From IMG/VR virus record IMGVR_UViG_3300046758_000611, positions 64,001 through 128,000 of that record: a stretch of DNA of 64,000 bases. One strand, written 5' to 3'. Made by a program: the position numbers and the translations under genes. Positions 11,801 to 24,187 of the stretch are shown here, piece by piece. The DNA comes from a virus. The notes under the pieces were generated by a model that was not told the DNA's origin, ran no database searches, and saw nothing but the letters and a program-made list of their open reading frames with translations. Within the stretch, counting starts at the first letter, position 1. Each line of letters starts with the position of its first letter.

Positions 11801-14800
11801 TTTCATTTAAAGATGAATCAAACGTTGTAGTAACATTGCTCGAATTATTACGTATCCAACTTTTGTTTCTAGTCTTGTCGGCATTACTTATTACCCATTG
11901 CCACCCCTCTTTATATATAATCCACTCTCCGATGGGTTTTTGTCTATAATAAATACCAGACTGAGAACTTATTTTTTCATATTTTCCATTTACCCCTTCT
12001 CTGCTTTCTCGGAAACCAGATACCAAAACATCACCCTCCGAGTTAAAAACATTCGTATTTTTTGGAAAATAAAAATCACCCCCACCACCGTTTAGTGTGC
12101 TAAATTTAATAGGCCTACTTGATGCCTTTTCTTCATCAAATATGTAAACTAAATTTTCGTTTTTAAAATATTCTGATTCAGACTGGCCACTTCCGAGTGG
12201 GTCTATATTAGATAAAATCCACCGATCAAACAACACACTATAAAAAACATACCACCAAGTATTTTTATTATTTGTGAAAACTTCTTTTCCATTGAATGTT
12301 TCATACCCACGTATATATGTTCCATTTGCAGAATACATTACTCCGTGAAATGATGAAATTTTAAAACCAGAATATTCTCTTTCATTTAGTATCAAGAAAA
12401 AATTCTCAATTCCTCTCTGTGTGTATGTGTAACTGTCGTTGGAGAGTTCGTTTATTTCTATTTTATAGTTAGTGTACTCATCATTCATGTTCAACATAAG
12501 TTTACTGTCTAATACATCTTCTGAATATATAACTATTTTTTCACTTATCTGACTTTCGTTTTTACTAAACTCTCGTATGATACCCTGATCAAAAAACAAA
12601 GAATGCTTTGCTCTAAGAGCAAAATATACAAATGAATCATTTTTAGTTGCGGTTGATTTTAATATCTCGTTAAAATCACTATAGTCTGTTGGTTCGAAAA
12701 CTATTTTGTCAGACTCCGACTCTATGAGAGATTGTTCCCATTTACTATCACAGTTTGAAAGAAAATTTTCACTCTTTCCATCAATAGTTTCTGTTTTAAA
12801 TTCATCAAGATAGCAAACAAAATAAAATTTATTATCATACGAAACTCCCGCATCTGTGTATGTGTTTATTGTAAACTCAAAGTAACAAGTTCTAAGTCCA
12901 TCTTCGTTTAATAAGACATTGCTTTTTGCTTCCTCAAGTGCCGTTTCATTTAAAACAAGATTTTCATTTTCAGAAACCTCATTAGTTAAGTTATCTAGCA
13001 AATCTTGCTCACCTCCTCCGTATGAAATTGGTAAATTTGTTGGTAGTTTATAGTCTCCAATTGAATTTTTAGAGTTAGGAACAAACCCACTTCCATACTC
13101 TACCTTCTCAGGTGAATCACTTTTTAAAAAGGGTGTTGTAAATTTATATATACGATTTTCAGATAATGCATTTAAAAATTTATTACTATATTTTATGTTG
13201 TGTCCAGTTAGTGTTCCTTTTTTATTTAAAATAAGAGTTATATCGAGTAAATCAACATCTGGTATTTGTGTGCTAATTTCTTCAATTTGACCAATCTTCC
13301 AAATAAAAGAAACTTCATTTTTGATTTGAATTTGTTTATACTCGTTTAGTAATTGTTGTGAACAAGCTAGTAACTTTAAACTTCTAATATTATTTGTTTT
13401 AAGTTTGATTGTAGTCGCAATGTCATAATCTAACATAAAAGGTTTTTTAATGACATCGTTTACCATCACATCATACGAAGATGCATATAACCCAGAAGAA
13501 GTTCGTATTCCATTTTCATAAAAAATACTATAATCAGATTTTCGTATCCTAGCATCTATTTGTAGTTTTTCAGTTAGTTGCACGGTGTGTTTATTCTCAC
13601 TTGGAAGTGGAATAAAATCGTAATAAGAAAAATTTTTAAATCTACCGGTTGAGTTTGCATTGCTCTGTATTACTGGTACTAAATTAGAAGCACGAAATCC
13701 TAAGTTAAAATCAACTATATCATTTATACTTAACTCACCACTCGAATTTACCCCATCCGATGCTATATACGGAGAATTACAATCATAATAAGAAAATTCA
13801 TTAAAAACTTTACCAAGAACAACTAAATTAGATACATATCCGGTAAATAATCTTCCTATAAATTTACCAGACTGAACATTAATATTTTCAAACGAACCGT
13901 CAAATATTTTTTTATTATTTTCTGTATACTCGTAGAATTTACCATTATCATTTAAATCGATGTACCTACCATAAAACTCTCCATATATTCTGCAATTCAA
14001 TATCCCTCTAATATAACCCCCACCAACACGATTAATTTCAGAAGAGTGAGTATTTATTTGAAAAATTCTGTCATTTTTTATGTTTGTTGCTACGGTTGCT
14101 CCTCCATCCGAGTTTACATAGAATGTACTTATTGACGATGATACCTCCATTGATTGTAGTGGTGTTTTTACACAACCACCATCAAACTCACTACACATAT
14201 TAGAAAATAATACAGGTAAATTATCTACATTATTATTTGCAGTATCATTCTTTTTTTCTTTAATCCAATAATCCGCATCATCAAATATAGAAGGTTCTTG
14301 CAAGAACTCAGGATTTTTATTTATCAACATCCAACAATTATATGATTTACTAAAAAATATAAACCAAGTATTTGATTTGTTTTTGAATAATGGTTTGTTA
14401 TTTATATTTTTTTCAGAAGTGTATTCACCATTTGCTGAATAAAAACCAATGTACTGATCCCCTATTTTGGTATTTTTTATAAAACCTGAAATTGTTAATA
14501 CAATTGAATTATATACAAATGAATTTGTTCCTTTATTTTTATTTGAATTAAATAAATGCAAATTTTTGTTTATTTTTTCTACTTTATATTCATTTCCATC
14601 CGATGAATATATACCATTGTTTATAAATGTTCCAAAAACTCGTTCATCAAAGTCATTGTCAGGTATTATATTTCCTGTATAATTGTCGTTGTATGCATTT
14701 CCTTTGATTCTATCAATTGACATACTACTATCGATACTTAAAATATTTTTATCTCCTGGTTTAAATTTTACTTTAGAATCTTCGTTTGCGAAATTTGCAA

Positions 14801-17800
14801 TATTTTTTCTATCGTAACTTCTTGATCTTAAATTAATTTGTTTTAATTTCTCTATACTTTTGTTCGTTTTTGTTCCGTCTATAATAGTAGTTTCAATTAC
14901 ATTTTCAACTTTGGGTGATTTTATTTTATGTCGTTCTAGAATACTTGGTTCTATCAAAAGACCAGAAATTAGTCTTGTTCTTGCTGGCACCAACTTTTCT
15001 ATATTCTCAAAAAACGAAGCATCTACATAGGTTTTTAATATATTTAGAAATGCTTGCCAATCTATCTTACCAAACCCTTCTTTATAGAACACTTTTCTAA
15101 ATTGTTCAAATTTTTTGTATTCTTTATTGTATAAATCAAGTGGGTCTCCGATATATTCACCTATATCGTAGTTTCCAAAAAACCTTATTATTTCTCTGTT
15201 TAATATATCAGTTGGACTTATAGTGCATAAAACCGTATTGTTATCAATGGTTACTCTGTCAAGTTGCTTTCTTGTTACACTTTTTCTTGGATTTAAGACT
15301 CCTGTTCTTTTTTGTTTTTCATGCCTGATTTTTGCATTACTGAATGCCTGCGATCCGAAACTTGGAAGTCTTGCATACTGAACCGCTGCACTTCCTTTAA
15401 AGTCAAACGGATATTCTGTGCTTGTAAAGTTATATGCTTTTATATACTCCACCGAACTCGCAACCGCAGAGTTTTCTAGTTTTCCGTATCCACCGTCCGT
15501 GGATTGGGTGCTTATATCATGTGGTAAATCAAAGTTTAACTTTACAAACAAATTATCAACAACCAATTTAGGGTCATCCAAACTATATCCTTGGTCGTAA
15601 AATATATGGTCATTAAAATTATCAGAAGTAATTTCTTTTTTATATAATCTTAATTTATCAAGTTCTCCACAAAACAAAGAAGAAGAATAATTACCAACAT
15701 ATAAATTATTATCATCAGTTTCGTGTAAATCACTACAAAAGTTCTGATATTCATAGTCTGTTATTTTTATACTAGAAATTTCGTTCAAAGTAACTTTTCC
15801 GTCAATTTGCTTTCTAATGTATGTTTCTATAAAATATGATGATAGTTTGGTATCATCTTTTACTATTTGCAAAAGAACATGAATGTATTCATCTGTGAAA
15901 AGATATACAGGATTTTTTTGTTCGGTTGGTGTATATATTTTATCATTTAATACAAACGAAGAACCTATATTTTTATATTGAAAATAGAATCTTCCGTATT
16001 CATAATTTTTATTTGAATCAAATTCAATGCAAAATTTCCATGTATTTGTTTCTAATAGTATTATGTCACTTACACTACCAGAATTTAGTTTTTCTGCTTC
16101 TATGATGTTTTTTACTTGTAATTCATTTAATTTAAAGCACAACTCGATGGATTTTATTTGATGTGAGTTCCATTCTATCTCTAGATATTTTGACGAGTCT
16201 AGTCCACCAATGTCATTATTAAACACTAAAGAAAAACTATAAGAATCAAATTCAAACCAATTATCACCACTTGATGTTTCGGTTGAAAGTCCACCATATT
16301 CTTTTATACTTAAGAAGTGATTAGGAAGTCCATAGCACTTCATTAATGCACCGATTGACTTTTCAGTACCTATGTGTTTTATTATATAAGGTAGGTTATT
16401 TAGTATACGTCTCCATATTGTCGATCTTCTTGTAGAAATCAACGATGACGTACTATTAACCTCTGCACTTGCATCATCACCAGAGTCATCTTCACCCGTA
16501 AACGATAATCCTAATGATGACAACATATATTGTACTAATTTGTTTGGAATTCCTCTATCTGGATGGTTAGATGCGTTTCTAACTTTTCCCATGTTGTCTA
16601 TATAAGACACAAGTGTGTCAAACTGCACTCCAACTGAATTTAGAAAAAGTAAAAAGTCATTGTTGTCTTCATTTCGTGTGAGGAATTCAGGTATGCTATT
16701 TACAAGGGAAGCATCATTTTTATCATCGTAAGTTTTTGCATCTTTTGCTTGAAATAAATACCACTGATAAGTCCCTGTTGATACAAAATCCTCGATTTTC
16801 TCAGGAAGAATCTCTGGTAGTCTTTTCAAAACACCTTCGTGATTTTGAATGCTTTCGTATCTAACCGAAACAACTTCATCTTTAAATGAGTTACTACAAT
16901 TAGAACTTAGTTTAATTTCGTTACTTATATAACTCAGTGTTGAAATTTTAAACCAATCTGCGTTAGCAGTTGTTCTTTCTTTATTCGAAACTACCCAACG
17001 TTTGTGTGTTTCGTTAGTTTCTTCCTCAAATACTACTTCGTAGAAAATGTAAAAGTTGGAAATTCTATGCTTGAATTCACGTTGATTGTTAAAAAACCCA
17101 ATTTGTTCATATGTACCGTTTGCCCAACCAAGAGAACCAAATGTATCTTGGTTTTTGGCTATACCACTTACCTCTAAATTATTTGTCCGTGGCCAGGTCG
17201 TTGATACTTCTGATATATATGTGGTATATGCAATTGATGTTTGCTCTTTATTTTCATCCTCGTATGTCCATAGCAGATTTGAAATAATTGGAGTGCTACT
17301 ATCTGTAAATGCTTCATCATTTATTGAAGATAAACGCACAACTATTTTATTTGCTGTGGAAAATGAAAAGTAAGGATTTGGTGTTTCACTTTTAACAGAA
17401 CTTGACTTGTCATGTTTTTTTCGAAACCACCTTCCTATTTGATTGCTTATTTCAGATGCAAGTGCATGGGGTTGCATTCCTTCGTATATACTAATATCTC
17501 CGTAGTTTGGTGTCTTTTTGGATGTAAACTTTATTGTAATAAAGTCATTATCAGGTAGATTTATTTCAAATCCATATATCTGCGGAATAGACTGATTTCT
17601 ATTAATCGTTGTCTGTTCACTTGGTTGGTTTGTTATACTATCTAAATTATTAAATTCTATGATCGCAGTTGCATCATCACTTTTATTTTCAAAAAACAAA
17701 TATCTTTCGTATCCGTCTAGTTTTGCTAAAATTTCACTTTTTGTTTTATTTTCTTTTGAAATTTCAAGTGTTCTAAGAAGACGTATCGAGTTTTCAGAAA

Positions 17801-19328
17801 TTTTTGCTTCAATGTTACCTATACTTGTTTCGTATTGTAAATTGTATATTTCTTTTTCTATATTTTTTATCTTGTGAACTATAACTGAGAAGTTTGTCAT
17901 TTTGAACAAAAACGAGTCAATTCTAGATTTTGCAGAAGAGTATTTAACAAAATTATTAAAATCTGAATAATCTACATTCAAATTTAAGTCAGATGATGAT
18001 GATGTATTGAAGTATTTTGCTACATCATCGGTTACATTTTCAATTAAATCTTCTTGGTTATACTCTTTCGTTCCACGTGATGTACTTACTAAAGTTAAAT
18101 CTGGTTGTCTCAGTTTTTTTGTTGGGACAATTGATGTTTTATTCAGTATTGTTGTAAAATACAGATCATCTGAATAATATAATCCACTTATATACATTCT
18201 TGTATTTATTTCAATGTCTTGGTCAAGTGGTTTGGCAAGTTTAATTACAATTGGAGTATATGCAGAATCCGATACGACCTCGGTTGACTTTGCGTATTTT
18301 ACAATAGGAATTCCATTACCAAATCCAAGATTAATTATGTTATTTAAAAATCTATCAAATCTTCTTGCGTAAACTTCATTTACATAACCCACATCATAAG
18401 AATACATTATCAAATCACGATAAAACAAAACGGAAGTATCGGATGCTGGCAATAAACTTAGTGCCGGGTGTTTTGAGATTATATAGTTTACTGCAAGTGA
18501 ATATTCTTCGTAGAAATCTGACTCAGCAAACACATTGTTGTATTTTGTTAAGATTAAGTTGCGATATAGTTTTTTACACTTATCATAAAACTTATTTATA
18601 TCAATTAGTAAATCATTTTTACTTAAGTTTAATGATTTTGTAAGTTCGTTAAATTTTGTTTCAAAGTCCGCTATCTGCAACTCAAGTTCATTAAATATAT
18701 CTGAAGACGAGTAGTTTATTGTTTTTATAAACTTTTCGGTTTCATAAAAAATATGAGACACTACAATTCTTCTGTTCGCAAAGTTTTCAAATTCAAACCC
18801 CAGTGCAACATCCTCTGACTTATTTGATGCACGGGATGCTTCTGGTATTATCTTAATCTCGTTTCTACTTGGAGATATTTCTTTAATTATTAGAAAAGAA
18901 CTTGACTCAGACGAACCAACTATATCATTACGCATAGATATACCAACTTTATATGCACTTGGAGCAGTTGCTCCAAGTTTTTTCAGTTGGTCAGTAAATG
19001 ACAATATTAATTTTCCATCTTTTACGAAATATCGTGAACCAATTACATCTATACTCCCTTGTACATTATCATCGTTATAATCAAAAAAATTAAAGTTTAC
19101 TTTTTTAAAGTCATCATCACCAGGAATAGTTGACCAATACAATAAATCATTAGAAGTAGAGTATACCGAAAACTCAACTATATCCTTCGAGGATTTTCCA
19201 AAAATAAGTTTTGTTGGTTTTTCGTCTAATACAATATCAAGTAAACTTTCGTCTACTACATACCCACGTTGAAACGGTTCGTTTTCTTTAATATTGGGTT
19301 CTTTAATATGTTGTATTAACGAATTCAT
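8793..19328 (-). CDS. giant 3511-aa baseplate/tail protein with LamG-like region, dispersed repeats, Pro/Thr linkers and tandem Cys-rich terminal domains
   Basis: [30 protein letters not shown] (phage baseplate-type motif); [16 protein letters not shown]; position in the tail module. Confidence 0.75.
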   Translation of the reverse strand: MNSLIQHIKEPNIKENEPFQRGYVVDESLLDIVLDEKPTKLIFGKSSKDIVEFSVYSTSNDLLYWSTIPGDDDFKKVNFNFFDYNDDNVQGSIDVIGSRYFVKDGKLILSFTDQLKKLGATAPSAYKVGISMRNDIVGSSESSSFLIIKEISPSRNEIKIIPEASRASNKSEDVALGFEFENFANRRIVVSHIFYETEKFIKTINYSSSDIFNELELQIADFETKFNELTKSLNLSKNDLLIDINKFYDKCKKLYRNLILTKYNNVFAESDFYEEYSLAVNYIISKHPALSLLPASDTSVLFYRDLIMYSYDVGYVNEVYARRFDRFLNNIINLGFGNGIPIVKYAKSTEVVSDSAYTPIVIKLAKPLDQDIEINTRMYISGLYYSDDLYFTTILNKTSIVPTKKLRQPDLTLVSTSRGTKEYNQEDLIENVTDDVAKYFNTSSSSDLNLNVDYSDFNNFVKYSSAKSRIDSFLFKMTNFSVIVHKIKNIEKEIYNLQYETSIGNIEAKISENSIRLLRTLEISKENKTKSEILAKLDGYERYLFFENKSDDATAIIEFNNLDSITNQPSEQTTINRNQSIPQIYGFEINLPDNDFITIKFTSKKTPNYGDISIYEGMQPHALASEISNQIGRWFRKKHDKSSSVKSETPNPYFSFSTANKIVVRLSSINDEAFTDSSTPIISNLLWTYEDENKEQTSIAYTTYISEVSTTWPRTNNLEVSGIAKNQDTFGSLGWANGTYEQIGFFNNQREFKHRISNFYIFYEVVFEEETNETHKRWVVSNKERTTANADWFKISTLSYISNEIKLSSNCSNSFKDEVVSVRYESIQNHEGVLKRLPEILPEKIEDFVSTGTYQWYLFQAKDAKTYDDKNDASLVNSIPEFLTRNEDNNDFLLFLNSVGVQFDTLVSYIDNMGKVRNASNHPDRGIPNKLVQYMLSSLGLSFTGEDDSGDDASAEVNSTSSLISTRRSTIWRRILNNLPYIIKHIGTEKSIGALMKCYGLPNHFLSIKEYGGLSTETSSGDNWFEFDSYSFSLVFNNDIGGLDSSKYLEIEWNSHQIKSIELCFKLNELQVKNIIEAEKLNSGSVSDIILLETNTWKFCIEFDSNKNYEYGRFYFQYKNIGSSFVLNDKIYTPTEQKNPVYLFTDEYIHVLLQIVKDDTKLSSYFIETYIRKQIDGKVTLNEISSIKITDYEYQNFCSDLHETDDNNLYVGNYSSSLFCGELDKLRLYKKEITSDNFNDHIFYDQGYSLDDPKLVVDNLFVKLNFDLPHDISTQSTDGGYGKLENSAVASSVEYIKAYNFTSTEYPFDFKGSAAVQYARLPSFGSQAFSNAKIRHEKQKRTGVLNPRKSVTRKQLDRVTIDNNTVLCTISPTDILNREIIRFFGNYDIGEYIGDPLDLYNKEYKKFEQFRKVFYKEGFGKIDWQAFLNILKTYVDASFFENIEKLVPARTRLISGLLIEPSILERHKIKSPKVENVIETTIIDGTKTNKSIEKLKQINLRSRSYDRKNIANFANEDSKVKFKPGDKNILSIDSSMSIDRIKGNAYNDNYTGNIIPDNDFDERVFGTFINNGIYSSDGNEYKVEKINKNLHLFNSNKNKGTNSFVYNSIVLTISGFIKNTKIGDQYIGFYSANGEYTSEKNINNKPLFKNKSNTWFIFFSKSYNCWMLINKNPEFLQEPSIFDDADYWIKEKKNDTANNNVDNLPVLFSNMCSEFDGGCVKTPLQSMEVSSSISTFYVNSDGGATVATNIKNDRIFQINTHSSEINRVGGGYIRGILNCRIYGEFYGRYIDLNDNGKFYEYTENNKKIFDGSFENINVQSGKFIGRLFTGYVSNLVVLGKVFNEFSYYDCNSPYIASDGVNSSGELSINDIVDFNLGFRASNLVPVIQSNANSTGRFKNFSYYDFIPLPSENKHTVQLTEKLQIDARIRKSDYSIFYENGIRTSSGLYASSYDVMVNDVIKKPFMLDYDIATTIKLKTNNIRSLKLLACSQQLLNEYKQIQIKNEVSFIWKIGQIEEISTQIPDVDLLDITLILNKKGTLTGHNIKYSNKFLNALSENRIYKFTTPFLKSDSPEKVEYGSGFVPNSKNSIGDYKLPTNLPISYGGGEQDLLDNLTNEVSENENLVLNETALEEAKSNVLLNEDGLRTCYFEFTINTYTDAGVSYDNKFYFVCYLDEFKTETIDGKSENFLSNCDSKWEQSLIESESDKIVFEPTDYSDFNEILKSTATKNDSFVYFALRAKHSLFFDQGIIREFSKNESQISEKIVIYSEDVLDSKLMLNMNDEYTNYKIEINELSNDSYTYTQRGIENFFLILNEREYSGFKISSFHGVMYSANGTYIRGYETFNGKEVFTNNKNTWWYVFYSVLFDRWILSNIDPLGSGQSESEYFKNENLVYIFDEEKASSRPIKFSTLNGGGGDFYFPKNTNVFNSEGDVLVSGFRESREGVNGKYEKISSQSGIYYRQKPIGEWIIYKEGWQWVISNADKTRNKSWIRNNSSNVTTTFDSSLNESNNNFDFQVGTIVHAPIHESVYESDVIAVEDLYKSDEDINIESKTNFVATGDSFVLIPNKRLFKTFQTISNKNLAWTVSVRSLNLILPAYGEYHDDKTKTFCILTNRKLNEDKILPYITISNRNIRGRYDGVDGFYMKTSDFLNEYPLYKNVNGWYIFYDNLNLSWKLVNDDPRDEGSYYVMFENSATNCEKRLLNLRVGYSNTNSEINNFDENEENAFAWKNASLRKFEDDELKFGYIVDNVCDGCVGERQPIYTVQTTNTQKLPYTSYKRPLLPIAIYTYKIKKNIYGEPRGYELDSFRPHPLVNQTSEYFTETILTNLQTNEENEIQIKNLIRNVDLKSVDIFWSFDENLFLGEDFLLPQFKDSGSNTIHKTSIFYFGYTKNSYENIKTNICPISMKSSPHIFSSELGDFLKYEFNFNDNFNRSDFFVPPLTISVNNTINNKSKSANWRNINYTQKSWEASDVISTNNSRVHVPDYIKEIEYNVKFNFNIRRFQNYTNSKRYNLPTDINFSISNFDLDYDLNQHIIRNNILHDITTEFSGYNLVDIGNRGDFIESGVPKIRSRKKRYIFSKSTTNNSTTTVDSNGNLNYTPCVVRTKSISTNASHDSFWFIEDKPTENVVTTNTLRQDQYPSMLSLDKQPEFYFKFEETDNVDLTPTPTPTETPTYTSTPFVLETPTSLAETPTPTPTQTPTQTSTPTPTPTPTQTQTPTQTPTPTQTPTQTPTPYECCQGLLKTKNLNEGQNTIESESIVVTTSIAGTLCYNNLERSTNNPTTIIYSCPFVEEDFSNGGLTLSLPSKLVNETLIRFVTNDNVCYETILPVSPEFNVNYPFTRLERTPTPTPSPTQTLTPTQTPTLTQTPTLTPTPTPTQTITPSPTPTPTQTPTPTQTPIDCCGQLGVILEIENLVGDFGNLGIKVSSSEDGTICFDDTSTEPTIPRSYVCPFNVSDFSQGGMTIEVSRNFVNPLKIRFIRSNGDCYEGELETTIGSNILRKVTQNGS
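9125..9285 (-). repeat. Pro/Thr(Gln) linker repeat
   Basis: encodes [18 protein letters not shown]... Confidence 0.9.
9618..9830 (-). repeat. Pro/Thr(Gln) linker repeat
   Basis: encodes [11 protein letters not shown]...[12 protein letters not shown]. Confidence 0.9.
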
Positions 19329-19342
19329 GAATTATTTATATT

Positions 19343-19930
19343 TTAATTTCCCAAAAAAGGAAATTGATCTACATCTAGGTTCATACCTTCTTCAACTTGG
19401 TCTTGCGTAAGTGGTAGAAATGGAAACTTTGAACTAAAGTCATCCTTGGATTTGCCTTCTCCGTTTTGAATTCTTTGGCTTATTATTAAATCTTTAGTCG
19501 CCGTGTACATTTCAGATGCCTCTTCTTTAAATTTTACATTTCGTTCCATTTCTTTATCAAGAATAGAACTTAATTCATCAATCTGTGCCTGTAATAGTTG
19601 TTCCTCTTCTATTCTGTTTTCTTGCTCTTCTTCAATCTCCGAATATAAATCAGAAATGTCTTCTTCGGTATCCACCCCCTCAACAGAAGTAAATTCTTCA
19701 AAGTCCACGGAGAAGAATGTTTCAACTTGATCTTGTTTTTGAACTGTTTTTTCAACAGGAACACCGACTAAGTAATCTCCAATTTTGCTTTCTTCTGTAA
19801 TGTCATCAAACGAGATATTATAGTTTCCAGTGGAATCAACATTGTTTACAATGCTTCCGGTTTTCAAAAGATTATCCAATTCTTCTTTATTGAAATTTTC
19901 TTCTGAAATATATTTTGGTAAATTGTACAT
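19343..19930 (-). CDS. acidic coiled-coil hypothetical protein
   Basis: 195-aa ORF within the tail operon. Confidence 0.65.
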   Translation of the reverse strand: MYNLPKYISEENFNKEELDNLLKTGSIVNNVDSTGNYNISFDDITEESKIGDYLVGVPVEKTVQKQDQVETFFSVDFEEFTSVEGVDTEEDISDLYSEIEEEQENRIEEEQLLQAQIDELSSILDKEMERNVKFKEEASEMYTATKDLIISQRIQNGEGKSKDDFSSKFPFLPLTQDQVEEGMNLDVDQFPFLGN

Positions 19931-19931
19931 A

Positions 19932-21380
19932 TTATGATATAATTCTAAAGTTTCGTTTATCTATGTGAATTTCTACATCTTCGTCAATTTCTGTTTTTAT
20001 GTGAAATGTATAAAACCTCCCCACAGCAAGACACCCAAAGTCAAAATTAAAATAGTGGCCGTTTGAATCACACGATATTTTTGTATATTCACCGAACCCA
20101 ATAACAACCTCAGATGTCTCTGAGTCTCTAACTGAATAAAACATATTGTTGGTTACAAAATTATCAAGAGAGTAGTCTGACTTTGAAGAAAATGTTTTTA
20201 TTGGTCGTTTGCTTCTAATCCCAACTCTTATTTTTTTTCTTTCAGATTGTTTATATTCTTTTTTAATTGTTTTTATTATTGGAATAAACTCGTCAGAAAC
20301 GATCTGATTTATATTAGATTTTTTTACTAAAATTTTTTCTGTTGGTTTTCCGAAGGTACCAGTTGTGTTGTTTTCGTCTGAACATTGTTTATTCGTGAAT
20401 ATATCCGTATCTGTTATTGATGCGGATTCAAGACTCGTGGATTCAAGTGAACTAGATTCAATGGAACCCGACTCAATGGAACCAGATTCAATGGAACCCG
20501 ACTCAATGGAACCAGATTCAATAGATGATGATTCTATACTTCCTGAATTAAGTACACCAGATTCTAATGAACCAGAATCAAGTGTATCAACATTAATTGA
20601 CATATCAGTTTTTGTACCAAGTGAATCTGTATTATGACAATGTTCTGTCGTACACGATATGCTTTTTATATATACTTGTTCACATGGTTCAAACTTGTAA
20701 TCATCGTATAATATTTCTAAATAAGGGTAGTAAATCGTATTTGTATCCTTCGAGAAAAATTGTATAGATGAATGTGCGTCTATTGTTTCTTCTATAAATT
20801 TTATTAAAAATCCGTTGTTCTCGATATCACCAACCAACCATGATTTTACAATACTTGTTACATCAACCTTTACATCAGAGAATGCACCTTTAAACTTAAA
20901 TATCAGATCGGTGTCATCGGTGTTAGTTCTTTGTGGTATTTCGTTGTGTTCGTAGAACTCACCACCCCCCAAATAGTTGGTTGTGTTTGCATCTTGATTC
21001 CAAAAATTTTTACCAAAATCTGCGTATCTCCAACTTGCACCTTTGTATGAAAAAGATGATGATTTTGTGTCTTGGTATCGTCCAGTTCCTTCGTCCCAAT
21101 ACTTTTTAACAGGGTATACACCAAGAGAGTCACCCATCGATAACTCAGACGAATTTGCTACTTTTAAGTTTAAATAAAACTCCGAATTTATAAGTTTGTT
21201 TTTATTCGCCGTGAACAATTCATTATCGAACTCAATTAAAATTCTACTTAAAACAAGTCCATCGGTGTCTGTGTTAATTTTTTTAAGTTCAAGAATCTCA
21301 TCGTATCCAGAGTTGAGTTCAAGTAACCGTCTGTGTTTATACAAAGTGGTATCTTTGGTTGGATATATAAAATAAATCAT
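19932..21380 (-). CDS. DNRLRE/CBM96-like domain virion protein with (SGSIE)n insert
   Basis: DTTLY..NSGYDEILEL..SRILIEFD...VDVTSIVKSW..NNGFLIK..FFSKDT..PYLEILY pattern. Confidence 0.6.
   Translation of the reverse strand: MIYFIYPTKDTTLYKHRRLLELNSGYDEILELKKINTDTDGLVLSRILIEFDNELFTANKNKLINSEFYLNLKVANSSELSMGDSLGVYPVKKYWDEGTGRYQDTKSSSFSYKGASWRYADFGKNFWNQDANTTNYLGGGEFYEHNEIPQRTNTDDTDLIFKFKGAFSDVKVDVTSIVKSWLVGDIENNGFLIKFIEETIDAHSSIQFFSKDTNTIYYPYLEILYDDYKFEPCEQVYIKSISCTTEHCHNTDSLGTKTDMSINVDTLDSGSLESGVLNSGSIESSSIESGSIESGSIESGSIESGSIESSSLESTSLESASITDTDIFTNKQCSDENNTTGTFGKPTEKILVKKSNINQIVSDEFIPIIKTIKKEYKQSERKKIRVGIRSKRPIKTFSSKSDYSLDNFVTNNMFYSVRDSETSEVVIGFGEYTKISCDSNGHYFNFDFGCLAVGRFYTFHIKTEIDEDVEIHIDKRNFRIIS
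20420..20580 (-). repeat. 15-bp-unit tandem repeat encoding (SGSIE)-like pentapeptides
   Basis: gattcaatggaacccgactcaatggaacca occurs twice in tandem, with degenerate flanking units. Confidence 0.9.
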
Positions 21381-23341
21381 AAAACTCGTCCTGTTATGTC
21401 CCTGGTTGGGTATTTTAATTCAAAAATAGATGGGTCTTTCGATGGATAGATTGTTTTGTTCATAGTTGCAGAATTTATATCATATTCATTTTCAGAGTAA
21501 TTGCCATCGTTTATATTAAGATTTTTAATTATAAGTTTTGTAACATTTTTTACACCAGAAACCTTTGACATCTCAACTTCTAGTGTACCGGTGTCAATTG
21601 GTTGTGATATTTGCCATTTATCTATATCAAAAAAATCTGCTATTATTTCATTTAATGAAAAAAGTATTTCTTTTTTATTAAAGTTCATATAAGAGGTTAC
21701 TTCGTATTCTACTCCTATGTTAATAATAAAAGCATTTGTCATGTTTATTCCATCGGTTAGCATTCTATAGTTGGAAAGATACTTACTTAAATTTTGATAA
21801 ACAAGATCATTTGGGGTTATTAGTTTCTTGTTTTCGTCAAAACTCAATACATACAAATTTACTGCAAACGGATTGTTTATCTCTCCATACACACGATTTA
21901 GTTCTTGTGGTTGAACCTCCTGATTAATTGAATAAGAATTTTTGACTATATCCGTTTGTGAGAATGAGTCAAGAGAACCATCTTTACTTACAAATGCTTT
22001 TGCTATACTTCCAAGTCTCGGTGGCATACTATATGCTCTTATTACATAATCTTCACGGGTGACTGCTCTATTTTGCGAAGAAAAACTAGAAAGACCTTTG
22101 ATTCGTATTTCGTCAATTGACTCCTCACCACGACCACCCAACGCAGGATCTGGATTATTCACCCCAACTGTATTTTTGATTGTCTCCAATACTCCCTCTT
22201 CACCCTCTGATAAAAATGCGTTTGTTTCATTATACTTAATTTGGGTAATAGTTGTAAGTGTATTTGATTTCAAGTTAGACTCGACACCACCACCAGAATA
22301 ATACTCGATTGTAAGTGTTGTGTTTGCAGGTGCTTCTCCATATGTATCAGACTTCAAGAAATTTGCGGGATCGTAAGACGATTCAAATTTTTTTGTTGAT
22401 TTTAATGATGATCCAACAGTGTTGAGGGATGGAATTACAATCTCTTCGTCAATTTTGTCCTTTCCTGCACCAAATTCTAAGGTTGTGGTGTTATCACTAT
22501 TTACAAATGTTGAAAATCGTTTCGATGTTTTAATATATCGCAATAAATACGGTACACTTAATGATAAATTGCTTGTGTTTGGACTCGTTTTATCATTGTT
22601 TGGTTCTTCGATCAAAATTGTATCTTGTGATAGATAATCAACTTCATAGTATTTGTTTCCAGTCGAATCTATTACTGAAATTATTTCGAGTACATCCGTA
22701 TCAGGAAGTTCAACTTGAAAAAACTCACTTGCTTCTCCAACTGTTATTGTGTATGTTTTTCTGGTGCCGGCCGATGCCATTACCTTTTTGTTGAATAAGT
22801 AAAATTGAGGTTGACCAAGTTGGTCTCGTTGAAATACACTTATTTCGGTTGGTGAACTTGCTTCGTCAAGACCAAAGTTTACAGGTTCTGTTGTTCTAAA
22901 AATAGTTGCCGAACCTCCAGTTGAAATAACCTCCATACCCTCATCAATGTTTAAAGCAAATTTCATGTCGGGTTCAACTGTGCCGTCTTCTGAAATTTTC
23001 GATGGTATTAGTTGAAATATATCCAACATGGTTGTGGCTGCCACACTTGCCTTTGGTTTATATCCCAAGTAATTTGCAAGAGTAATTACATTTTTTCTTT
23101 CACTTGCATATTGTAAAAACCCTTCTTTAAATTGATAGTCTACATAGTAAGATAAAACATCACCCACATAACTTACCAAATCTACAAACATCATTCCAGT
23201 TGAGTTCTCACTGAAGTCTTTGTATGTTTTGGAATAATATGTCTTAATATAGTCGATTAAGTTAGACTTAAAACTATCAAAGTCTTTGCTTAAATAGTTT
23301 ATTTCTTTTTTTCCGTCTTGGATGGTGTTTAAATTATCCAT
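21377..23341 (-). CDS. baseplate wedge subunit, T4 gp6-like
   Basis: KDFDSFKSNLIDY...SYVGDVLSYY...LGYKPK; GGRGEESIDEIR; QNRAVTREDY. Confidence 0.85.
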   Translation of the reverse strand: MDNLNTIQDGKKEINYLSKDFDSFKSNLIDYIKTYYSKTYKDFSENSTGMMFVDLVSYVGDVLSYYVDYQFKEGFLQYASERKNVITLANYLGYKPKASVAATTMLDIFQLIPSKISEDGTVEPDMKFALNIDEGMEVISTGGSATIFRTTEPVNFGLDEASSPTEISVFQRDQLGQPQFYLFNKKVMASAGTRKTYTITVGEASEFFQVELPDTDVLEIISVIDSTGNKYYEVDYLSQDTILIEEPNNDKTSPNTSNLSLSVPYLLRYIKTSKRFSTFVNSDNTTTLEFGAGKDKIDEEIVIPSLNTVGSSLKSTKKFESSYDPANFLKSDTYGEAPANTTLTIEYYSGGGVESNLKSNTLTTITQIKYNETNAFLSEGEEGVLETIKNTVGVNNPDPALGGRGEESIDEIRIKGLSSFSSQNRAVTREDYVIRAYSMPPRLGSIAKAFVSKDGSLDSFSQTDIVKNSYSINQEVQPQELNRVYGEINNPFAVNLYVLSFDENKKLITPNDLVYQNLSKYLSNYRMLTDGINMTNAFIINIGVEYEVTSYMNFNKKEILFSLNEIIADFFDIDKWQISQPIDTGTLEVEMSKVSGVKNVTKLIIKNLNINDGNYSENEYDINSATMNKTIYPSKDPSIFELKYPTRDITGRVL

Positions 23342-23345
23342 TTAA

Positions 23346-23750
23346 TTATCCTGCATCTAATGATAAACTTAGTGTGCTTTCTGTGTCTGGGACACTTGCT
23401 ATCATATATTTAATATTTAATTCTACTTTATGTGGGTCTTTATCAAAATCAGAACTTACATCCACGGAAATAACTTCTACATCCGGCATCCAATTTGCGG
23501 TGGTATCTTTTATTTCATCTAAAAATATTTTATCTACGTGTTCTGTAATATTTGGATCGAAAAGCAGTCTACGTAAATTACTTCCATATTCTGGCATCAT
23601 AGGCCGTTCACCTTTTGCTGTCATTAAGAGCATCATTAAATTATATTTTGACCTCTCAATTACAGAGTAAGTTTGAGCAAAAAATCCATCTTTTTCACCC
23701 CGTGTATATGGAATAGAAATTCCAACTGGCACTTTAAGGTTTTCGTACAC
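23346..23750 (-). CDS. baseplate wedge subunit, gp25/GPW-like
   Basis: NLMMLLMTAKGERPMMPEYGSNLRRLLFDP. Confidence 0.85.
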   Translation of the reverse strand: MYENLKVPVGISIPYTRGEKDGFFAQTYSVIERSKYNLMMLLMTAKGERPMMPEYGSNLRRLLFDPNITEHVDKIFLDEIKDTTANWMPDVEVISVDVSSDFDKDPHKVELNIKYMIASVPDTESTLSLSLDAG

Positions 23751-23753
23751 CTA

Positions 23754-24146
23754 CTATTTTCCTTTCTTTTTACTCTCAATTGCGTTTATCAACTCAGAGT
23801 AATCACGGGTTAGTGCGTTTGATACACTTTCCGGTAAGTCTTTTATATTCAATTCGTTTCCGTTAAAGTCTGTTTGCTTGTTTGTTTCCATAGTCGATGA
23901 AACCAACTGACCTTCTTGGGGGACTCCACCAACAGTAGCACGAAGTGCTTCGTTTATTTTTTCATTGCGAGAATAAACTTTATCTGAATTCGTTGATTTG
24001 GTTTTTATTTTTGCCTCGGTTTTTTCTATTTTAACATTTGACTTTTTATTTTGTGTTTTATATTCAGACAATATTTCAGGAAGAGTCGTTTTTAACTCTT
24101 CTCTAACTGCTAATTTTATTATCGTTATTAGTTCACTTTTTTTCAT
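23754..24146 (-). CDS. hypothetical protein
   Basis: 130-aa ORF beginning MKKSELITIIKLAVREEL. Confidence 0.65.
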   Translation of the reverse strand: MKKSELITIIKLAVREELKTTLPEILSEYKTQNKKSNVKIEKTEAKIKTKSTNSDKVYSRNEKINEALRATVGGVPQEGQLVSSTMETNKQTDFNGNELNIKDLPESVSNALTRDYSELINAIESKKKGK

Positions 24147-24187
24147 AATATCGGTTTCTTATAATATATATTTATTTATTTACTTAT

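Noticed and set aside
20365-20637. Plus-strand (SMEPD)n ORF
   Set aside because: Antisense of the SGSIE repeat inside a longer gene
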